A stretch of 32,000 nucleotides of DNA from Clostridia bacterium (GTDB lineage: Bacteria; Bacillota; DTU025): NCBI GenBank assembly GCA_034926675.1, contig JAYFQW010000081.1:1-32000 (forward strand), read 5' to 3'. The translations under genes and the position numbers were made by a program. Positions 25,855 to 32,000 of this stretch are shown here, piece by piece; positions within the stretch are counted from its first letter, which is position 1; the number at the start of each line of letters is the position of its first letter. The notes beneath the pieces are model-generated. The model saw only the letters and a program-made list of their open reading frames with translations, had not been told where the DNA came from and searched no databases.

Positions 25855-28800
25855 TTGATGAAGAAGTTCCTAGCTGTCCTCCTCACGACCGTCCTGGTAG
25901 TCGCCTTGGCGGTGCCTGCGTTCGCAGGTCCCTACAAGGATTTGGCGGACAACCACTGGGCGGCTGACGCGGTGAGGATGCTTACTGCCCTCGGGGTGAT
26001 CACCGGCTACCCTGACGGGACCTTCAAGGGCACTCAGAGCGCTAACAGGTATGAGGTCGCCGCTATGGTGGCCCGGGCGCTCGAGTACCTCGACAAGGAC
26101 ATCGCCGCAAGAATGACCGAGCTTGAGGCGAGGCTCAGGAAAGACGCTCCAGCTGGATCCGGCCCCGTGGCGGTCGTGACTATCCCAACGAATCCGGAGA
26201 AGCAGGTGGTGCTGCAGCCATCGTCTCAGCCGGACTCCACGATTCTCGAGACTATTATCGCGGAGAAGATCGCTGGTATGACCGATGCGCAGTGGGCGGA
26301 GTTCGACAGCAGGTTGTCTGCGCTATACGCGCGGGTGAACGATCTGTCGGACGACAATCTAGCAGCCCATGCGGCGGTTCGCGCCGACATCGACTCGATC
26401 AAGGCAGCTCTGGCGATGCGCCAGGCTGATGGGACGATACCTGGGATCGAGGTCCACACTGTGTCAGTTTCCGATCCTGAGGTGAAAGCCGCTATTGAGC
26501 AGACTGCGGGTCAGCTCGGGGGAAGAATCGCTGTCCTAGAGGCGCAGATGCCCGGCATCTCCAAAGCCATGAACGACGCTGCCGCGAAGACCAGCACAGG
26601 CTGGGAAGATGCGGTCAAGAGGCTTGAGGAGAGAGTCGCCGCACTTGAGGCCCTCAATATGGATCCCAAGGCGTACGATGCCGCTATCAGCAAGGCCGCA
26701 GCCGAGGAAGTCGCCAAGGCCGTGGCCGAGGATAAGGCAGTTGTGGCGGCCCTTTCGGCTAACCTCGATAAGCTTGGCAAGGAGCACATTGCTGATCTTG
26801 CCGCTCGAGAGAAGGCCGTGGAGGACCTGCTCGCGGTACATACCCTCGCAGAGGAGCGCGCGCGCATAGACGCCCTGGCTGCTCTCAGCGCTGAGAATGA
26901 GACTGCCCTCGCTGAGCAGCAGGCTGCTATCACGATGACCTTCTATGATGCTCTCGCTGCTGAGCGAGACGAGCGCGAGAAGGCCATGGAGAAACTCCAG
27001 TCCGCGCAGGCAGGGAAACTGACTGCGGAGATTGACGGTCTCGCTAAGTCGTTCAGAGGTTCTCTCGATGTTGAGAAGAGCGAAAGGGACAAGGCCGTAG
27101 CTGAGCTGGCGGCCAAGTTCGAGCTTCAGCTGGCGGAGAGAACCAAGGCGACCCTCAGCGAGGTCTACGCGAGGCTCGCTGAACTCGCTCAGATGTGCGA
27201 CAAGTTCGACGCAGCCAAGGCCGACCAGGATGCGGCCATCGCAGAACTGGCCTCGAACGTGGAGATTGCCCTGTCTCAGCAGAATGCTGAGCTTGCGGTG
27301 ACGTTCTACGATGCGCTTGACGCGGCGAAGGAAGAGAACGCCGCAGCCCTTGCCAAACTCTCCGAAGAGCAAGACTTGGCCCTATCGGAGCAGAATGCGT
27401 CACTTATGGTGGCATTCTACGATGCGCTCTACGCTGAGAAGGATGAGCGGGAAAAGGCCATTGAGAGGCTGACTTCCGATTTCGACCTTGCTCTATCGGA
27501 GCAGAATGCGTCACTGATGCTGGCGTTCTACGATGCTCTCTACGCCGAGAAGGATGAGCGGGAAAAGGCCATTGAGAGGCTGACTTCCGATTTCGACCTT
27601 GCTCTCGGTGAGCAGAACGCGTATCTCATGTGCGAACTGTACGATGGCATCTGGGCTGCGAAGGAAGAGGTATACGCATCCATCGACAAGCTAGATGCGA
27701 AGATCCTCGGAGTCATGGCCGCTATCGATGCTCTGAAGAGTGAGTTCGGCCGTGAACTCGCTGCCCTCGGGGTCCGGGTGACCGCACTCGAGGATCAGCT
27801 TGCCGGGGCCAAGACCGAGATCGCGGTGCTTAGCGCGGCAGTTTCGGAGAACGAGAAGGCCATCGAAGAGGTCCGCGGGCAGGCGGCTGCGATAGACACC
27901 CGCCTCGTTGCGGAGGAACAGGCCTCAATCGGCATGAAGGCCGACATCGAGACCCTCAAGGCTCTCGCGGCACAGAATGCCAAGGACATTGCCGACATGT
28001 ACTACAAGGTCGAGTCCACGGTGTCAGCCATCGAAGCGAAAGACGCTGAGCAGGACGTGGAGATTGGCAAGCTCAAGCAGAAGGACCTTTCGCTAGACAC
28101 CCAGATAGCTAACATATGGACGGATCTGAATCGGGTGCGCTTCACTGGCGCCGATGAGGTGAAATTCCTCGACATCGACCTGAAGGGCGCGCCTGGCGCT
28201 GTGTTCTACAAGGATCCGTACGCTCCGTCGGCCGATCCGAACAAGCAGTATCAGCCCACATCGAAGCTTCAAAACGAGCTGAAGCTGGCGCTCAATATCA
28301 AGCCTGAGAAGGGCGTAGATGTGTCGGTTGGCATTACCGCTGTGACCGACGTATTCGGCGCTGCTCATCAGACGGTTGGGCTCTTCAATGGCGACCTGGA
28401 TCTCGCCATCACGACTCCGTCCTCGAAGACGAAGATCGTTGCGGGCGAGCTCGCGAGGCCAGCCAATTATACCAAGTATCAGATCGGAGCTGTCAAGTTC
28501 GCTGATGCCAAGATTGAGGGCATCGGAGCGAACACCACGCTCGGCGGCTTGAATGCCACTGCGACCATAGCGAAGATCGCCGATCCTGACCTGGCGGTCG
28601 GCGGCTATCAGCACCTGATGGGCGCTAGCGCGAGCTACCAGGCCACCGACATGCTGAAACTTGGTGCAAGGTGGTTCCGTATTGTTGACGACCCGCTGTC
28701 GGGCGACACGACACTCGATAAGCTGGAGGATGTGTACGGAGGAGACTTCACGCTGAGGCTTGGCGATGCATGGACTGCCGGCGGAGAGCTGTCTGTCTGG

Positions 28801-29757
28801 GCAAACAAGACCATGGCGACGCCGGCTGCCGCGTACAAACTGCAGACAGACGCCAAGTTCGGAATCCTGGCGATCAATGGCTCTGTTGAGCAGGTTGCTG
28901 CGGGATATGCTCCGAAGTACATGGAGACCGCTGATGATGAGGATGCAGACTACGTGAAGGCAGACACAAGTGTGGCGAGGCTCTCAGTCACCACCGACCC
29001 GATCAAGGGGGTCATCCTTTCGGCCGGCGCGGTCAAAGAGGGAGATGAGGGATACATCGCTGCGGATAAGACCACGTTGACTGCAGACGCCAAGTACGGG
29101 CTTAGGCTAGCTATCGCCGATGTCACTCTGAAGGGCGGAGTGAAGCAGGTGAACGTTGTGAAGCCGACGCCTGTCTCTATGGGTACAACCACCAGCCTGG
29201 GCTTCGATGCCACGATCAAACCAGCCAACTTCGGGTTCACATGGGAACACGATGTTGAGGCAAACGACAACGCCTACGTTGCATACGCCAACGCAGAGGT
29301 TCCAGTTGGCGGCGATGCGCTGGTCCTGAAGGGCTCATGGGAACAGGGATTCGGCTACAAGGACTACTACAAGTACAACGCTGGAGCCGACATGAAACTT
29401 GCTCTTGTGAAGGACGTTGCGACCTTCGGCGCAGGCGCCTCATACGGAAGAACCTATGGAACATCCGATGATGACAAGAACTACTCCAGAATGCAGGTTG
29501 GCGCCAATCTCGATTGGAAGCTAGCCAGTTCGACTACTCTGACTGGAAAGGCGTCGTACGAGTCTCGTGCCTACGACAACGGCGTGAAACCCTCAGGCGA
29601 CTACTTCCAGTACGGACTCGCTCTTGCTCAATCGCTCTACAAGTCCACAACCCTGAGCATCAAGTACGATGTCAAGGACGTCTACTATGTGCCAGCGACA
29701 GGGTATCGGGACTACGGCGCGAGGATAGTCGACCTGTCCTTGAAGACTGCATTCTAA
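25855..29757 (+). CDS. ompM: SLH-domain / long coiled-coil / beta-barrel OM protein (OmpM-like), 1300 aa
   Basis: Signal peptide. SLH domain FAGPYKDLADNHWAADAVRMLTALGVITGYPDGTFKGTQSANRYEVAAMVARALEYLD. About 670 aa of coiled coil. C-terminal porin-like region from about residue 770, ending IVDLSLKTAF. Confidence 0.9.
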   Translation: MMKKFLAVLLTTVLVVALAVPAFAGPYKDLADNHWAADAVRMLTALGVITGYPDGTFKGTQSANRYEVAAMVARALEYLDKDIAARMTELEARLRKDAPAGSGPVAVVTIPTNPEKQVVLQPSSQPDSTILETIIAEKIAGMTDAQWAEFDSRLSALYARVNDLSDDNLAAHAAVRADIDSIKAALAMRQADGTIPGIEVHTVSVSDPEVKAAIEQTAGQLGGRIAVLEAQMPGISKAMNDAAAKTSTGWEDAVKRLEERVAALEALNMDPKAYDAAISKAAAEEVAKAVAEDKAVVAALSANLDKLGKEHIADLAAREKAVEDLLAVHTLAEERARIDALAALSAENETALAEQQAAITMTFYDALAAERDEREKAMEKLQSAQAGKLTAEIDGLAKSFRGSLDVEKSERDKAVAELAAKFELQLAERTKATLSEVYARLAELAQMCDKFDAAKADQDAAIAELASNVEIALSQQNAELAVTFYDALDAAKEENAAALAKLSEEQDLALSEQNASLMVAFYDALYAEKDEREKAIERLTSDFDLALSEQNASLMLAFYDALYAEKDEREKAIERLTSDFDLALGEQNAYLMCELYDGIWAAKEEVYASIDKLDAKILGVMAAIDALKSEFGRELAALGVRVTALEDQLAGAKTEIAVLSAAVSENEKAIEEVRGQAAAIDTRLVAEEQASIGMKADIETLKALAAQNAKDIADMYYKVESTVSAIEAKDAEQDVEIGKLKQKDLSLDTQIANIWTDLNRVRFTGADEVKFLDIDLKGAPGAVFYKDPYAPSADPNKQYQPTSKLQNELKLALNIKPEKGVDVSVGITAVTDVFGAAHQTVGLFNGDLDLAITTPSSKTKIVAGELARPANYTKYQIGAVKFADAKIEGIGANTTLGGLNATATIAKIADPDLAVGGYQHLMGASASYQATDMLKLGARWFRIVDDPLSGDTTLDKLEDVYGGDFTLRLGDAWTAGGELSVWANKTMATPAAAYKLQTDAKFGILAINGSVEQVAAGYAPKYMETADDEDADYVKADTSVARLSVTTDPIKGVILSAGAVKEGDEGYIAADKTTLTADAKYGLRLAIADVTLKGGVKQVNVVKPTPVSMGTTTSLGFDATIKPANFGFTWEHDVEANDNAYVAYANAEVPVGGDALVLKGSWEQGFGYKDYYKYNAGADMKLALVKDVATFGAGASYGRTYGTSDDDKNYSRMQVGANLDWKLASSTTLTGKASYESRAYDNGVKPSGDYFQYGLALAQSLYKSTTLSIKYDVKDVYYVPATGYRDYGARIVDLSLKTAF
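27379..27711 (+). repeat. 111-bp (37-aa) tandem repeats inside the OmpM-like coiled coil
   Basis: LALSEQNASLMVAFYDALYAEKDEREKAIERLTSDFD / LALSEQNASLMLAFYDALYAEKDEREKAIERLTSDFD / LALGEQNAYLMCELYDGIWAAKEEV...; copies begin at about 27379, 27490 and 27601 (exact 111-nt spacing). The first two are nearly identical at DNA level. Confidence 0.9.
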
Positions 29758-29772
29758 GGGGATAGCGGAGCA

Positions 29773-29802
29773 GCCCCGGGGAAGGCATGCCTTCCCCGGG
29801 GC
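29773..29802. terminator. 30-bp perfect palindrome after the OmpM-like gene, probable terminator
   Basis: GCCCCGGGGAAGGCATGCCTTCCCCGGGGC equals its own reverse complement; followed by atttcgtt; 16 bp after the stop codon. Confidence 0.8.
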
Positions 29803-29845
29803 ATTTCGTTATGGTGGAGGAGACTGTGGAAGTGGGATTCTGGGG

Positions 29846-30256
29846 GTGGCGCGAATGGATGAAGGGCTGGTTGTGGCAGTGGACCCCGGAAGGGAAAAGG
29901 CGGGAATAGCGGTGTGCTCCCGGGAGCGCGGAACCATTGCCAAGTGCGTGGTTCCGGCTGCTGATTGTGTCAGCCGAGTCTATCAACTCGCAGTGGAGCA
30001 CGGTGCACGGGTAGTAGTGGTTGGCGACAGAACCGGCTCAACCCTCATGGTCGAGGCCCTTTCTGATCGGCGGGATCTGGTTGTTGCGGTTGTAGATGAG
30101 CACCGGTCATCCATGGAAGCACGCGAACGCTATCTGCGAGACCATCCAGGACGTGGGCTGGCAAGGCTCCTGCCGAACGGGCTCAGGACCCCTTCCGAGC
30201 CATACGATGACTACGTGGCCGAGATCCTTGCTGCCAGATACTTCGAGCAAGTGTAG
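29846..30256 (+). CDS. YqgF/RuvX-like RNase-H-fold nuclease
   Basis: LVVAVDPGREKAGIAVCSRERG (RNase H-fold first strand Asp), VVVVGDRTGS, VDEHRSSMEARERYLRDHP, PYDDYVAEILAARYF. Confidence 0.78.
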   Translation: MARMDEGLVVAVDPGREKAGIAVCSRERGTIAKCVVPAADCVSRVYQLAVEHGARVVVVGDRTGSTLMVEALSDRRDLVVAVVDEHRSSMEARERYLRDHPGRGLARLLPNGLRTPSEPYDDYVAEILAARYFEQV

Positions 30257-30329
30257 TCGGGAAGGAATCGGGCCTGCGGCGAAGAATATATACTGGACGA
30301 ATGCGTGCACGAATGGAGGTGGAAGGCGC

Positions 30330-31847
30330 ATGCGCAGCCAGTTTGCTGCCTGGACCAGTAGAATCTCGGTGATCCTGGCAGCTGCTGTCATTGTTGTCTC
30401 TCTCTCCGTCTGCATTCAGGCGTCGTCCCCTCTGGTATTGCCCGGCGACTGGCGGTACCGCGCCATCGCTGAACTCGCTGCGGGTGGTCTAGTTGATCCA
30501 GAAGACGCGGTCGTGTACGCCAGCAGTACGCCTATTCCCGTCGACAGACTGGCGACCAGCGTTCATAGGCTGGCCCAGAGGCTTCAAGCGCAGGTCAGGA
30601 ACGCTAACGCGATCTCAGACGGGGCCAGAGCAGGGGAATCCCAGCCGTTGCTTCTGTACGGAGTCGAACAGATGGGGGTGGCCGCTTCTTCAAGCTCCAC
30701 TTGGGCTGAGCCTGTTCTCACTGGGCGTCAAGCCAACCTCATCTCCGATCTGATGTGGGAATTCGGCCTCTCGTCGGAGGGGCGAGTTGGTAGGATACTC
30801 GGCCTTTCCGACCTTTTCCTGACGGAGGAAGTTGGGCTCATTCTCAATCCTCTGCAGGCTTTCGCGCATGGCCAGTCCGGTGTTCAGCCTTTGGCGCTTC
30901 GCGGCGACTCCATTGCCGAGCACCGGCAGGCCTTCGCGGGCCCAACTCAGGCAGCAGAGTTTGCCGACCTGGAGGCCCTTCTTCGAAAGACCATCGATAG
31001 CGGTGACGACAAGCCTGGAAAGCAGGTTCAAATAGGAGTGCCGAGCCCAATAGGCACGCTGTCGGTTGAGCTGTCGAGCCAGGCTGCGAGCCGTCCTCAG
31101 CAGCCCCAATCTCAGCAACCCAAGGCTGAGGAGCCTCCGCCGGCAACAGGATTCGATCTGTCAACGAGTGTGCAGCTGTCCGATGTGCTGAATGTCAGTG
31201 CGCAGTTCTTTGCTGACGACAAGTCCCGCGAGAAGGCCACATCCACATCGGTTGGGGTATCCATAGGCGAGAAGGACGGTGCAGGGCTGACGGTTGGGCA
31301 CCGTGTCACTGATGTCGGAACGCCGGCCGACCTCGCAGGCAGGCGCGAGACGTACACATCGGTGGATGTGAAGTACTCGCTGCCCGATGTGGCCAGTGCC
31401 GTCGGTGTTCCTGCGGCCTCTGATTCACTGACAGTTCGGGCAGGCTATGAGCTGTATGGGCGGGAGCCCCACTTGATTGGGGCGGAGCAGAACAGCTTTC
31501 AGGCGACCATGTCGCTGGGCATCGATTACAAGCTCCTCCTTGGCGACTCTGCCTTTCTGCAGGCAGGATACAGGTATGAGAGGGTTCGCGATCTGATTTC
31601 GTCGGGCGCTGTATGGACCAAGTCCGGCCTGTATGACGAAGGAGGCTTCTCCAGCTGGCTTGGGCAGGAGTCACTGAAGCTTCAAGGGTCCAACGCGACC
31701 AGGACCATCGCCTCCATCGACTTCGGGTACAGGCTCATGGAGAACTCATCGGTCAACGTGGGCTACAAGCTCATCGACTTTGCAGACCTGGGCGTGCTCG
31801 AGCTAAATAAGAACCTGGCGACCGCCGGAGTCAGCATCAAATTCTAG
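30330..31847 (+). CDS. Predicted exported OM beta-barrel protein
   Basis: ATG 30330: MRSQFAAWTSRISVILAAAVIVVSLSVCIQASSP signal sequence. C-terminal half of alternating strands (VQLSDVLNVSAQFFADD..., VGVSIGEKDGAGLTVGHRV, LQAGYRYERV, ASIDFGYRLMENSSVNVGYKLIDF), ending AGVSIKF. Confidence 0.65.
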   Translation: MRSQFAAWTSRISVILAAAVIVVSLSVCIQASSPLVLPGDWRYRAIAELAAGGLVDPEDAVVYASSTPIPVDRLATSVHRLAQRLQAQVRNANAISDGARAGESQPLLLYGVEQMGVAASSSSTWAEPVLTGRQANLISDLMWEFGLSSEGRVGRILGLSDLFLTEEVGLILNPLQAFAHGQSGVQPLALRGDSIAEHRQAFAGPTQAAEFADLEALLRKTIDSGDDKPGKQVQIGVPSPIGTLSVELSSQAASRPQQPQSQQPKAEEPPPATGFDLSTSVQLSDVLNVSAQFFADDKSREKATSTSVGVSIGEKDGAGLTVGHRVTDVGTPADLAGRRETYTSVDVKYSLPDVASAVGVPAASDSLTVRAGYELYGREPHLIGAEQNSFQATMSLGIDYKLLLGDSAFLQAGYRYERVRDLISSGAVWTKSGLYDEGGFSSWLGQESLKLQGSNATRTIASIDFGYRLMENSSVNVGYKLIDFADLGVLELNKNLATAGVSIKF

Positions 31848-31888
31848 GGGGGTGGCCCCCTGGCGTAGTAGAACAGGGAGGTAGCCTG

Positions 31889-32000
31889 ATGAGAGTTTCG
31901 AGAGTGGGATTCGCAGTACTCGTTTGCGCAATCGCAGTATTGATCGCGGCTGGCCCAGGCCGGTGCGCCGAGGTCGTCGTTAGCCCTGTTGAACGACTGA
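31889..32000 (+). CDS. Start of an exported protein, truncated by window end
   Basis: RBS agggaggt then ATG 31889: MRVSRVGFAVLVCAIAVLIAAGPGRCAEVVVSPVERL..., signal-peptide-like; no stop before the window end. Confidence 0.55.
   Translation, partial: MRVSRVGFAVLVCAIAVLIAAGPGRCAEVVVSPVERL

Noticed and set aside
26536-27372. 278-aa minus-strand ORF opposite the OmpM-like coiled coil
   Set aside because: Leu/Glu-rich mirror of a repetitive coiled-coil sequence; no independent evidence.
27379-27711. Possible CRISPR array or satellite
   Set aside because: The 111-nt repeats are contiguous, in frame, with no spacers; they encode coiled-coil units.
1-32000. tRNA, rRNA, CRISPR, transposase or integrase genes
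   Set aside because: Looked for but found no convincing sequence; apart from the RHS fragment there is no mobile-element signature.

Overview
The window is a GC-rich segment of what looks like a diderm, endospore-forming Firmicute (Bacillota). Nearly all genes lie on the + strand in tight clusters. The left edge (1-~1900, minus strand) is a decayed secretin gene with two frameshifts, joined out of frame to a YD/RHS-repeat reading frame that runs off the window. Next is a sporulation/cell-shape block: spoIID, a SpoIIQ-like LytM-fold protein, spoIIID, an mreB/mbl-like gene and an S55 (SpoIVB-type) protein. A minus-strand NAD-dependent epimerase follows. The rest is an outer-membrane (OM) biogenesis locus: TamB-like, BamA, OmpH/Skp, a PorV/UPF0164-like protein, an LptF/G-type permease fused in one frame to an LptD-like protein, LptC, LptA, an unusual ABC permease with a very large extracytoplasmic helical insert plus its ATPase, an LpxB-like glycosyltransferase, LptB, a DUF3084-like protein, a giant SLH/coiled-coil/porin (OmpM-like) protein, a YqgF-like nuclease and another predicted OM protein. 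The strongest candidates for new biology are the LptG-LptD polyprotein with an internal signal-peptide-like segment, the ABC system at 19037-21920, the swapped order of S55 catalytic modules, the SpoIIQ-like protein lacking the metal-binding histidines, and the 37-aa-repeat tether of the OmpM-like protein. All calls come from reading motifs by eye; no database search was run.
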